From Pseudomonadota bacterium (GTDB lineage: Bacteria > Myxococcota_A > UBA9042 > GCA-2863065), in the NCBI GenBank assembly GCA_947498315.1, contig CANMLD010000001.1:38781-102780 (forward strand): a stretch of DNA of 64,000 nucleotides, in the 5' to 3' direction. Position 1 is the stretch's first letter. Every line of letters begins with the position of its first letter. Shown here in pieces: positions 30,843-39,974 of the stretch. A program made the translations under genes and the position numbers. The notes below the pieces were generated by a model that was not told where the DNA came from, searched no databases, and saw only the letters and a program-made list of their open reading frames with translations.

Positions 30843-31316
30843 ATGCGCTTGTGGCTCATGAAAAGTGAACCGGACGTCTTCTCGATTCAGGATCTCGAAC
30901 GCCAGGGACAGTCGATCTGGGAGGGCGTTCGCAACTACCAAGCGCGAAACTGGATGCGCGAGATGCGGCTCGGCGACCTCGTCCTGTTCTACCACTCGAA
31001 CGCCACGCCGCCCGGCGTCGTCGGCATCGGCCGCATCCTGCGAGAGGCCTACCCAGACCCCTTCCAGCACGACGCCAAGAGCGACTACTACGACCCCAAG
31101 TCGCCCCTGCATGAGCCGCGCTGGTCCGCCATCGACCTCGGCTTCGTCGAGCGCCTCCCGCGCGAGGTCACGCTCGAGAGCATGAAGGCCGATCCGGGCC
31201 TCGCGGGCATGAAGGTCCTCGAGAAGGGCTCACGCCTCTCGGTGACCCCCGTCGACCTCGCTCACTTCGTCCACGTGCTCGGCCTCGGCGGCAGCGCACT
31301 CACTCTCCCCGCCTGA
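30843..31316 (+). CDS. EVE (PUA-like) domain protein
   Basis: MRLWLMKSEPDVFSIQDLERQG...WEGVRNYQARNWMREMRLGDLVLFYHSN...GVVGIGRI...YPD matches the EVE/thymocyte-nuclear-protein-1 fold. Confidence 0.85.
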   Translation: MRLWLMKSEPDVFSIQDLERQGQSIWEGVRNYQARNWMREMRLGDLVLFYHSNATPPGVVGIGRILREAYPDPFQHDAKSDYYDPKSPLHEPRWSAIDLGFVERLPREVTLESMKADPGLAGMKVLEKGSRLSVTPVDLAHFVHVLGLGGSALTLPA

Positions 31317-31381
31317 TGGGAATGGGGACAGCTCGAGCAGCGGTTCCCCCGCCACGAACGCCCTCGTCCCGGAGATTGCCC

Positions 31382-32503
31382 ATGAACTTGTCCCAGCTCC
31401 TCCGCTACGCCGTTTCGCTCCCCCTCGGACTTGCGGCGCTCATCTCGACGCCTGCCTCCGCCAATGACAGCGTCTACGGCGGCTGCTCCGGTGCCATGAG
31501 CGGCCTCGACGGGCGGGCGACGTGCGTCCCGAAGAAGACCGACCAGATCGCCCTCATCGACGAGAAGCTCACCATCACCCAGACGACGAAAGGCTGGGAC
31601 GTCGTAGCGCTCTACACGCTCGAGCACACCGGCAAGGCCGCCCTCGCCGTCCCCGTGGGCTTCCCGGTGTCGGACCCCTACGAGCCCGGCGACGAAGAAG
31701 GGTCCGAGACCCGCGACACGAAGCCGCCCCTCCCCGACTACCGCGTCTTCGTGGACGGCAAAACCCTCGATTACACTCTGTTCTTCCCGGCCAATCAGGG
31801 CGACGACAAGTCCAAAAAAGCCGCCGAGGAGTTCGGTTACGACGCCGTCTATCTGGTCGATGTGCCCTTCGAGCCCGGGCAGAAGCGCGTGCTCGAACAC
31901 CGCTACTCGCACGCGGCATCGGCGAACTCCATCGGCCTGCACTGGGTGAACTACATCCTGCGCACCGGGGCCAACTGGAAGGGCGGCACCATCGGCCGCA
32001 TCGTGGCCAAGGTCGTCCTCAACGTCCCGATCGCGCCGGGCTGCCACGGCATGTCGCTGCCCGGTTGGAAGTGGCTACCCGAGAGCCGCACGATGATCTT
32101 CGAAGCGACGAACTGGAAGCCCACGAAGGACTTGCAGGCCACGTGGGTCGACGCCAACCACCGCGCGAGCCCGGAGATCGAGGGATGGGCGGGCGATGCC
32201 GGGGCTACCGTCGTCGATCTCCTCGAAGGCGGCGACGCGCTCGCCAAGGCCAAGTCGCCGAAACTTCTCGCGCTTTACGAGACGATTCTCGGTTTCTACC
32301 GGGCGACGGCGGGCGCGAAACCGCCCGAGAGCATCAAGGAGGGCGAGTTCTGCGAGGCGGGGCTCGAGTACGCGAAGGGGGCCACGGCGGACCCGAAGCT
32401 GAAACTCGCGGAGATCACGGGCGACGCCGGGAAGTTGCTCGTCGACATCGACGCGGAGCTGACCAGGCGGAAGGTGGAGCACCCGGTCCTGCCGCCCAAG
32501 TAG
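31382..32503 (+). CDS. Secreted hypothetical protein
   Basis: The signal peptide is MNLSQLLRYAVSLPLGLAALISTPASA. The product is 373 aa with no recognised domain. Confidence 0.6.
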   Translation: MNLSQLLRYAVSLPLGLAALISTPASANDSVYGGCSGAMSGLDGRATCVPKKTDQIALIDEKLTITQTTKGWDVVALYTLEHTGKAALAVPVGFPVSDPYEPGDEEGSETRDTKPPLPDYRVFVDGKTLDYTLFFPANQGDDKSKKAAEEFGYDAVYLVDVPFEPGQKRVLEHRYSHAASANSIGLHWVNYILRTGANWKGGTIGRIVAKVVLNVPIAPGCHGMSLPGWKWLPESRTMIFEATNWKPTKDLQATWVDANHRASPEIEGWAGDAGATVVDLLEGGDALAKAKSPKLLALYETILGFYRATAGAKPPESIKEGEFCEAGLEYAKGATADPKLKLAEITGDAGKLLVDIDAELTRRKVEHPVLPPK

Positions 32504-32551
32504 AGCTGGACCATAGACACGCGGCCCGACTTCGAGGCACCGTAGTCGGCC

Positions 32552-34222
32552 ATGAGTCAGCCAGACCCAGCGACTTCGCGCATGACCCCGACCGAGCGGA
32601 AGGTCATCGTCGCTTCGTCCGTCGGTACCGTCTTCGAGTGGTACGACTTCTATCTCTACGGCTCGCTCGCGCCCATCATCGGTGCCCAGTTCTTCAGCCA
32701 ATACGACGAGAGCACGCGCAACATCTTCGCGCTCCTCGCCTTCGCGGCCGGCTTCCTCGTGCGGCCCTTCGGCGCGCTGGTCTTCGGACGACTCGGTGAC
32801 CTCGTCGGCCGTAAGTACACATTCTTAGTCACTATCCTCATTATGGGCGTGTCGACGTTCGCCGTCGCGCTCCTGCCGGGTTCGGCGACCATCGGCATCG
32901 TGGCGCCCATCATCCTGATCGCGCTGCGCCTCCTACAAGGCCTTGCTCTCGGCGGCGAATACGGTGGCGCCGCCACGTACGTCGCCGAACACGCGCCTCC
33001 GGGGCGGCGCGGCTTTTACACGTCGTGGATCCAGACCACCGCCACGCTCGGCCTCTTCCTGTCGCTCGTTGTCATCTTGGGCACCCGCTCGGCGCTCGGC
33101 GAAGAGGCCTTCGCCGCGTGGGGGTGGCGTATCCCCTTCGCGGTCTCGATCCTGCTGCTCGGCGTGTCGGTGTGGATACGCCGCCAGCTCCACGAGTCGC
33201 CCGCGTTTCAGAAGATGCGCGTCCAGGGCACGCTCTCGAAGGCGCCGCTTCGCGAAGCCTTCGGGCGCTGGCGTTACGCACGCGTCGCGATCATCGCGCT
33301 CTTCGGGCTCGTGATGGGGCAGGGCGTCGTCTGGTACACGGGCCAGTTCTACGCGCTCTTCTTCCTGCAATCGATCCTCGAGGTCGATGGTTACACGGCC
33401 AACCTGCTCATCGCCTGGGCGCTGCTGCTCGGCACGCCCGGCTTCGTCATCTTCGGCGCGCTCTCGGACCGCATCGGCAGAAAGCCCATCATTCTGGCGG
33501 GTTGCCTCATCGCCGCCCTCAGCTACTTCCCGCTCTTCAAGGCGCTCACCGCCGTCGCCAACCCGACCCTCGCGACGGCGATCGAGAACGTGAAGGTCGA
33601 GGTCGTCGCCGCCGAGGGCGCGTGCGGCGACCTCTTCAACCCGGTCGGGACGCGCAAGTTCACCGCCCCGTGCGACGTCGCGCGCGACGTGCTCTCGAAA
33701 GCGGGCGTGCGCTACACCACCAAGATCGCCCCCGCAGAGACGCCAGTGGCGGTTGACGTGGCGGGGCAGCTCATCCCGGTCGTGCAGGACGGCGCCGTAG
33801 CTCCGGCCTTCGCCAAGACGCTCGATTCAGCCGTCATCGCCGCAGGTTACCCTCGCGTGGACGACGGGGCCAAGGTCAAGATGACGGGCCTCTTCGACGT
33901 CTTCCGCCCGCAGCCACTCGCCGTCATTGGCATCCTGTTCCTGCTCGTCCTCTTCGTGACCATGGTCTACGGCCCCATCGCCGCGGCGCTCGTCGAGCTC
34001 TTCCCGACCCGCATTCGCTATACGTCCATGTCACTCCCTTACCACATCGGCAACGGCTGGTTCGGCGGTCTCTTGCCCGCGACGGCCTTCGCCCTCGTCG
34101 CCCAGACCGGCGACATCTACTATGGGCTCTGGTACCCGATTGTCTTCGCCGGCATCACTGTGATTGTGGGCCTCCTCTTCGTGCCCGAGACGAAAGACCG
34201 GGACATGAACGCGGACGAGTGA
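32552..34222 (+). CDS. MFS transporter of the MHS (metabolite:H+ symporter, ProP/KgtP-like) family
   Basis: The N-terminal VGTVFEWYDFYLYGSLAPIIG...FGRLGDLVGRK is MHS-typical. There are 12 predicted helices with a long central loop. Confidence 0.9.
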   Translation: MSQPDPATSRMTPTERKVIVASSVGTVFEWYDFYLYGSLAPIIGAQFFSQYDESTRNIFALLAFAAGFLVRPFGALVFGRLGDLVGRKYTFLVTILIMGVSTFAVALLPGSATIGIVAPIILIALRLLQGLALGGEYGGAATYVAEHAPPGRRGFYTSWIQTTATLGLFLSLVVILGTRSALGEEAFAAWGWRIPFAVSILLLGVSVWIRRQLHESPAFQKMRVQGTLSKAPLREAFGRWRYARVAIIALFGLVMGQGVVWYTGQFYALFFLQSILEVDGYTANLLIAWALLLGTPGFVIFGALSDRIGRKPIILAGCLIAALSYFPLFKALTAVANPTLATAIENVKVEVVAAEGACGDLFNPVGTRKFTAPCDVARDVLSKAGVRYTTKIAPAETPVAVDVAGQLIPVVQDGAVAPAFAKTLDSAVIAAGYPRVDDGAKVKMTGLFDVFRPQPLAVIGILFLLVLFVTMVYGPIAAALVELFPTRIRYTSMSLPYHIGNGWFGGLLPATAFALVAQTGDIYYGLWYPIVFAGITVIVGLLFVPETKDRDMNADE

Positions 34223-34265
34223 ACAGCGTCCACAGAATCTCAGTGGACACGCGCTTTCATCCGCT

Positions 34266-35100
34266 ATGATAACCGTCATGACGGGTTGCTGGCGTAGACT
34301 CTCGATGTTGCTGGCCCCCTGGTCGTCGCCGGTTGTGGCGGCGACGACGTCGCGGCGTCGTTCGACACGGCCGCGTCGACTGACGCGTCGCCCGTGACGA
34401 GCGAGGACGTCCCGGCGCCGCGAGCCGACGTCCGCGTCGACCTCCCCGACGTGCCCGAGCCGCCCCGCCGGTTCCCGACGCTCCCGGGTCCCCGTTGCAA
34501 CGGCGCCGACTCCGTGCCCGAGGCGCCGTGCCCCGGTGAGTGCAGGGACGGCGTGTGCCTCATCGAGTGTATCGGGGAGAGCCACGAGCTCCCAACGCTG
34601 CTCGCCCCCCCACCGTCTCGCCTCCTTCAATTGTGTCGACTACGTCGCCAATGTGGCTGAGTTGGGCCTCGCGGGGCACGCGACCTTCTACGAAATCATG
34701 AACGAACCTACGTCCTGGGTGCGTCGCCGAGCTCTCGACACAGGCGGCGCCAAGGCCATCGAGACGCCGCGGACGGTTATACAGGACAAACATCGCGGGC
34801 TCGAGGTCGCCCCGGGTAGCTCATGGATCGCGACCTTCGGTCGAGAAGGGGCTGCCTTCTTCGCCGGAATGGGTGGCCTCCGTCGTGAGGTCGCGAGCGT
34901 CGGTAGGATGCACGACGTAGTGGCGCTCGATGATGGCCACGTGATCCTCATCACAGACCACTCTTGGCAGCGAGTGGATGTAACTCTCGTGTCACTCGAG
35001 GACGGGAACTGGGTGCGCATTGCCTCCTTTCCTTGCGGCGTCGCAGGTCGCGCGCGAGATTGTGCTCGGCTTCGACGAGGGCGTGGCTTTTCTAACCTAC
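34266..35100 (+). pseudogene. Candidate lipoprotein gene disrupted or mis-called by two compensating frame switches at C-homopolymers
   Basis: Frame 0 reads MITVMTGCWRRLSMLLAP.... After the C5 run at about 34314-34318, frame 2 continues with LVVAGCGGDDVAASFDTAAS... (a lipobox). After the C7 run at about 34604-34610, the text returns to frame 0 as FNCVDYVANVAELGLAGHATFYEIMNEPTSW...DDGHVILITDHSWQRVDVTLVSLEDGNWVRIASFPCG. The 3' end is undefined, because frame 0 then runs antisense through the D-aminoacylase gene. Confidence 0.25.
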
Positions 35101-36851
35101 TGAGCCACCTTCGCCGGCAAGAAGCGGCCGTAGCCCATCTCGCGGCCGAGCTCGTCAGCGAAGTGCCCGCCCGCAAAGGCCTTCCGTCCATTGACGAACA
35201 CGGCGTCCACGGCCCCGTCGCTCCGGTTCACCATCCGGATGAGTCCGGGCAGACCCTCCACCTCGGCTTCATGGTAGGCCTCGAGCCGCTCGTCGAGCGC
35301 GTCGGGGTTCACGACCACGACGTCGGCGCGGTCGCCCACGCGAATGCGGCCGGCCTCGACGCCGAACCAGTCCGCGAGCTCCCCCGTGACGCGCCACACG
35401 GCTTTCTCGATGGGCATCAAGGGCTTACCGGCGCGTTCGCAGTCTCGGACGCGCTTCAGGAGCCTGAGCGGGAAGTTATAGAAGGCCATGTTGCGGAGGT
35501 GGGCGCCCGAGTCGGCGAAGCCCACGACGGTGGCGGGCTCCTTCATGATTCGATCGACGGCCTCGGGGCGGTCGTTGGCGATGGTCGTGCGCCAGCGCAG
35601 CGCGCTGCCGTGGGCGGCGGCGAGGTCGAGGAAGGCGTCGACGGGGTGGCAGCCGCGCGCGTCGGCGACGGCGCCGAAGCTCATGCCGACGACCGAGGCG
35701 TCGGGGCAGCCCACGATCTGGGCATCATGGAGGTCCCGATGCCAGACGCGCGGCGAGAAGCGCTTCGTGTAGTCCTTTCGGAACTGCTCGCGGTAGCTCG
35801 GGTTTTGGAAGAGGGCGCGGCGCTCGGCTTCGGCTGTGAGGTGCAGAGCAGCCTGTCCGGCGGCGAACTCCTCGAAGACGACGAGCTCCATGCCGTCGGC
35901 GTAGACCTCGAAGGGCGTCGGGAGCGCCTGCCATCGGAAGTCGGCGCCGAAGAGCCGGTTGAATCCGTTCGCCACGCGGCCGATGACCCGGTGCACCCAG
36001 CGGTCCGACTTCGGATCCATGAGCGTGATGAGCGTCGTCTTGAGCGCCTTGCGTAGCCCGAAGGAGGCGCTGGCCGCGAGGAAGAGCAGCGCGTTGACCT
36101 TGGTGACGAGGTTGGGCGCGCCCTGGTGGATGCGACCGCGGCGACGCAAGATCGCGTTCAGAAAACGAAACTCGCGCCAGGTCGCATACGTTGAGGGTAA
36201 GGACTTCGAGCGGAAGCGGTCGCCGTCCAGCTTGTCCCACGGGTTCGTCATCGTGGACAGGCCCAGCAGGCCGGCGTCGAGCCCCTCTTCGAGCAGCCGC
36301 GCCATCTCGGCGAGCTCGACCGGGGTCGCGCGGGCCGTGTCGTCCACCGCACGCGCGAGACCCATCACGCGCACACGCAAGTCCGAATGCCCGAGGAAGG
36401 ACGTGACGTTGGGGCCGAGAGGGTGGGTTCGGAGGAAGTCTAGCCACCCGGCGGTGCTGTCCCAGGTCTTCGTCCTTCGAAGCAGCGGCAGCACCTGTGC
36501 GCGCGGCACCGCCTCGACCCGAGTGAAGAGGTCGGAACAGTCTTCGGCTTCCGAGAGGATGAGGCTGATGGAGCAGGACCCGACGGTGACGGTCGTCACG
36601 CCGTGCCGGACGGACTCGCTGAGTGACGGCGCGGCGAGGAGCTCGGCGTCGTAGTGGGTGTGGATGTCGAGGAAGCCGGGCATGACCCAGCGGCCACGGG
36701 CGTCCACGACGTCCGGGACGCCGTCGGTCGGCAGCGACGGCTCACCGATAGCGGCGACCCGCCCGTCTTTAATGCCCACGTCGGCGATGCGCCCGGGTGC
36801 GCCGGTCCCGTCGAACCAGAGGCCACCCACAATCACGGTATCGAGTGTCAT
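35097..36851 (-). CDS. N-acyl-D-amino-acid deacylase (D-aminoacylase) family amidohydrolase
   Basis: The N-terminus is MTLDTVIVGGLWFDGTG...DARGRWVMPGFLDIHTHYD. The 584 aa product matches the amidohydrolase-3 fold. Confidence 0.85.
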   Translation of the reverse strand: MTLDTVIVGGLWFDGTGAPGRIADVGIKDGRVAAIGEPSLPTDGVPDVVDARGRWVMPGFLDIHTHYDAELLAAPSLSESVRHGVTTVTVGSCSISLILSEAEDCSDLFTRVEAVPRAQVLPLLRRTKTWDSTAGWLDFLRTHPLGPNVTSFLGHSDLRVRVMGLARAVDDTARATPVELAEMARLLEEGLDAGLLGLSTMTNPWDKLDGDRFRSKSLPSTYATWREFRFLNAILRRRGRIHQGAPNLVTKVNALLFLAASASFGLRKALKTTLITLMDPKSDRWVHRVIGRVANGFNRLFGADFRWQALPTPFEVYADGMELVVFEEFAAGQAALHLTAEAERRALFQNPSYREQFRKDYTKRFSPRVWHRDLHDAQIVGCPDASVVGMSFGAVADARGCHPVDAFLDLAAAHGSALRWRTTIANDRPEAVDRIMKEPATVVGFADSGAHLRNMAFYNFPLRLLKRVRDCERAGKPLMPIEKAVWRVTGELADWFGVEAGRIRVGDRADVVVVNPDALDERLEAYHEAEVEGLPGLIRMVNRSDGAVDAVFVNGRKAFAGGHFADELGREMGYGRFLPAKVAQ

Positions 36852-36883
36852 GTCAGCAGCTTAGGCGCCGCCGGCAGGGACGT

Positions 36884-37315
36884 CTAGTGACCCGAAATCG
36901 CTACGAGCCCCGCGAGGACCTGCTCGAACGGCGTCGTCCCCTGAACTCGCCGGTGACCGCCCTCATAGGCCACGTGACCGCTGGCGATCCCGGTCAGCAT
37001 TTCCTGATAGAGCGAGGCGAATGCGGCTGGGAACTCGAAGCTCCCGAGCACGGTCGGGGCCATCGTCACCGGCACCTCCTGAACCGCCACCGGGCGATGG
37101 GTGAGCTCCAATAGGATGGCGGCGGCGTCCTTCATGCTGCGCGCCGGTCCACCGAACTCGACGATCTCGATCCCCTTCGGACCGGCTAGGAGCTCGGCGG
37201 CCGCAAGCCGGCCGATGTCGACGGTGGTACCTATGTCGAAGCGGAAGCCCGCAGGCAGGAAGCCCGGCAGTACACCTTGAGCGAGCTGTGAGAGCGATCC
37301 GCCTAGTTTCTCCAT
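36884..37315 (-). pseudogene. NmrA-like/atypical-SDR oxidoreductase C-terminal half only (N-truncated remnant or unusual stand-alone fragment)
   Basis: ...GFRFDIGTTVDIGRLAAAELLAGPKGIEIVEFGGPARSMKDAAAILLELTHRPVAVQEVP... matches the C-terminal substrate-side half of NmrA/SDR-a proteins. No N-terminal Rossmann (GxxGxxG) part is present, and the next gene's stop lies 29 nt upstream. Confidence 0.4.
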
Positions 37316-37343
37316 GAAGTAGGCCGCTCGAATGTCGACGCGG

Positions 37344-38837
37344 CTATGGAAAGCCCGGAAAGCAGAAGCCCCCCGACGTCGACGTGATGTACGTCGCGCC
37401 CAGCGGCGTGATCTGCTTCGACGGCCACTCGATGTCGAACACGTCCCAGTTGCGGTTGGTCACGTCGAGGTACACCGGCCCAAACTTCTGGAGCAGGACG
37501 CCGTAGCTGTAGACCTCGACCGTCGCTTCGGTGTCGGTGCTGCTCGAGCCTTCGTAGGCGTCTGAGTAGTAGTGGACCACGAAGCGGTACTTACCCGGCT
37601 TCGGCTCTGTGATGTTCGTGTGTTCGGGGCCGTAGCCGTCGACGTCGTCGACGTCGAGGTAAGGGTTGTCCTTCCAGGCGCCTTGCACCGCCCAGTCGGG
37701 CGACGGGTTGCCGAAGTAGCAGTCGGTCTGACAGTCGAAGAAAGTGCCGCCGGGCTCGATGAAGTGACTGTCAACGTCGCAGAGGTCGCTGTTCCAGGTC
37801 AACTTGATGGTCAGCCCGATCTCCTCCGGCGGCGGCTCTTTGCCGAAGCCGGCGACATCGAGCTTGACCTTCGGTTCCGCTGGATCGTCGGTCTCGATGA
37901 GGAAGAAGCCGGTATCGGGACCCGCGAGGTTCGGCGTGTACGAGATGTCGATAGGGAGGCTGCCGCCAGGCGGGATGGCCGTGGGGAACGCCGGCATGGG
38001 CGTGACCTGGATCTCCTGAGTGAGCGGGAAGAAAAAGGTCGTCCCGCGTTCAATGTTCTTCAGCGTGAGCGGCGTCACGCTCGAGCAGTTGGACAGCACC
38101 GCCTGCAGGATCTTTGTGTCACCGCGCTCCACGCTGCCGAAGTTCAGCGCGGTCGGCTTGAGCGAGACGCAGGGCTCGGGCCCGTTGAGATCCGCCTTCA
38201 AGAAGGACTCGAGCGCCACGTCGACCGTGGGGCGGGCGGGATCGGTGCTGGTGACGCGCAGGGTGGCCGATCCACCCGCGATCTCCTTGAACACGATGAG
38301 ACCGAGAGTCGAATCGCCCGGCTGCAGCAGCTTCGGGAGCGGAGGGATGGCCGAGAGTGTGAAGTCGGGCGAAGCGCCGGGGAGCAGCGCCACGCCGGTG
38401 ATCGTGAGCGACGCGGTGCCGACGTTGAAGATCGAGATCTGGCGTATCAAGGACTCCGGGAGCGGCGAGACATACGAGAAGGTGTACTGCGCTGGATCGA
38501 CGGCGATCTCCCCTACGCCTATGGCGGGTCCGCTCGTGTCTTCAGCGACGTTCACCGTGTCGTTGCCGCCGCTACTATCCTCGCTCGCGGTCACATCACC
38601 GGCACCGTCGACGCCGTCCCCCGAACCCGCGATGTCGGTGTCCCCGCCGTCCGCTCCCGCGCCCACGTCGGCGCCCGGATCGATGAGGACCACCAAGGCG
38701 TCGTTGTTGCCGCCGCCAGTGACCGCATCGGCTTTGCCCCCGGAATCACTGTCCGAGGTGCCGCCACAGGCGGAGATGAGCGACAGGGCCAGGCCCGTCG
38801 CGAGGAGGAGAGTAAGACTGCGGGGATTCGGTCGCAT
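37344..38837 (-). CDS. Lipoprotein with repeated Ig/PapD-like beta-sandwich domains and a C-terminal Cys-containing domain
   Basis: An internal ATG gives MRPNPRSLTLLLATGLALSLISACGG (lipobox). A Gly/Asp-rich linker is followed by repeated beta-rich segments. Confidence 0.7.
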   Translation of the reverse strand: MRPNPRSLTLLLATGLALSLISACGGTSDSDSGGKADAVTGGGNNDALVVLIDPGADVGAGADGGDTDIAGSGDGVDGAGDVTASEDSSGGNDTVNVAEDTSGPAIGVGEIAVDPAQYTFSYVSPLPESLIRQISIFNVGTASLTITGVALLPGASPDFTLSAIPPLPKLLQPGDSTLGLIVFKEIAGGSATLRVTSTDPARPTVDVALESFLKADLNGPEPCVSLKPTALNFGSVERGDTKILQAVLSNCSSVTPLTLKNIERGTTFFFPLTQEIQVTPMPAFPTAIPPGGSLPIDISYTPNLAGPDTGFFLIETDDPAEPKVKLDVAGFGKEPPPEEIGLTIKLTWNSDLCDVDSHFIEPGGTFFDCQTDCYFGNPSPDWAVQGAWKDNPYLDVDDVDGYGPEHTNITEPKPGKYRFVVHYYSDAYEGSSSTDTEATVEVYSYGVLLQKFGPVYLDVTNRNWDVFDIEWPSKQITPLGATYITSTSGGFCFPGFP

Positions 38838-38895
38838 CACTGAGATGTACCACAGTTCACCGCGGAAACACGCACTTTCGTGCATCACAGGTAGG

Positions 38896-39837
38896 TCAGC
38901 CTGGGGCTAGCGTCGCCCGCATCGCGTCCACGACGCGCTCTGCGGGGACGGCCGTCCATGCTTCGAACGCGAGGGCGCCTTGCGCCGCCAACATCGTCAG
39001 GCCGTTCTCGCCGCGCACGCCTGCTGCAGACGCTGCTGCTAGAAACGCAGTAGCATCGGGGACATAGACGAGGTCCGACGCGAACCGCACGCGGTCCCAC
39101 GGGAGCGCCGAGAAGTCCTTGGCGACGCGATCATAGTCCGCGGTGCCGGCGTATACGCCCATGCCCGCTGACGACGCGTTGACGATGAGGTCCGGCGAAA
39201 AGCCCGGCTCCACTGGAGTACTCCAGCCGACGAGCCGGCGCTCCCCCACTGCCGGCGTGTCTCGGCTCGTCAGGTCTCGCACCAGCGCGTCCGCCGCTCC
39301 CGAGCGTCGTGCGAGCACACCGATGCGCCGCGCCCCTGCGTTCAGGAGGCCCACGATGGCCGCCCTTGCCGCGCCACCCGCCCCGAGAACGAGGACGTCG
39401 CTCCCCGCGGCATCGACGCCCGCTCTCACGAGGCTCGCGATGAACCCTGGCGCGTCGGTGTTGGTGCCATGAAGCCGCCCTTTCGAGACGCGGACCGTGT
39501 TGACGGCACCAATCGTCCCGGCGAGGGCGTCGACCTCGTCGAGCGCTCCGAAGACAGCGACCTTGTGTGGGACCGTGACGTTGAACCCGTGGAGCTCGCG
39601 ACGCGCGCGCTCGATGAAGGCAGGCAGCCCATCGAGCTCCACATCGAACGCGCGATATCGGCCAACAATCCCGGCAGTGGTGAAGGCCGCTGAGTGCATC
39701 GCCGGACTGCGCGAGTGGGAGACGGGGTGGCCGACGAGGCCGACCTCGACGAAGCCGACCTCGTCGGGGACAGGGCCGCGCTCGTTCAGTGGGTCGGACA
39801 AAACTCCGATTGGCGTCGGCCGGCAATTTTCGAGCAT
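38896..39837 (-). CDS. aroE: Shikimate 5-dehydrogenase
   Basis: GLVGHPVSHSRSPAMHSAAF...NVTVPHK...GTNTD...VLVLGAGGAARAAIVGL are the AroE hallmarks. The tracked ORF extends to 40269, but the extra N-terminal region is non-AroE and overlaps repeat copy C. The start was placed at the ATG (MLENC...), which itself lies inside the repeat. The start is uncertain; the alternative is a TTG 27 nt downstream. Confidence 0.8.
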   Translation of the reverse strand: MLENCRPTPIGVLSDPLNERGPVPDEVGFVEVGLVGHPVSHSRSPAMHSAAFTTAGIVGRYRAFDVELDGLPAFIERARRELHGFNVTVPHKVAVFGALDEVDALAGTIGAVNTVRVSKGRLHGTNTDAPGFIASLVRAGVDAAGSDVLVLGAGGAARAAIVGLLNAGARRIGVLARRSGAADALVRDLTSRDTPAVGERRLVGWSTPVEPGFSPDLIVNASSAGMGVYAGTADYDRVAKDFSALPWDRVRFASDLVYVPDATAFLAAASAAGVRGENGLTMLAAQGALAFEAWTAVPAERVVDAMRATLAPG

Positions 39838-39900
39838 CGAGTTGCTCTCGCTCCTCGACGGGCGATGCGGCCCGCCTTCGTCACTCGAGCACGCGCCTAG
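39791..39900. repeat. Dispersed repeat family, copy C (segment 1 only)
   Basis: 39791-39856 is near-identical (2-3 mismatches) to 5418-5483. Weaker similarity extends to about 39900. Confidence 0.55.
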
Positions 39901-39974
39901 CGGCGCCAACTCGCTGGGTCGAAAATTGCACGGCGTACGCTCAATCTCCATTTTGACCGACCCACTCAGAGCGC

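Noticed and set aside
31522-32799. 425 aa plus-strand ORF in an alternative frame
   Set aside because: It is extremely Arg-rich (RRRR runs). It overlaps the well-formed secreted-protein gene 31382..32503 and the MFS start.
35100-36056. 3' two-thirds of the 506 aa plus-strand ORF 34536..36056
   Set aside because: This part runs antisense through the D-aminoacylase gene with junk-like sequence. Only its 5' part (to about 35100) is retained, as a possible gene.
37572-38843. 423 aa plus-strand ORF
   Set aside because: It is antisense to the lipoprotein gene 37344..38837. Its composition is Arg/Glu/Gly-rich.
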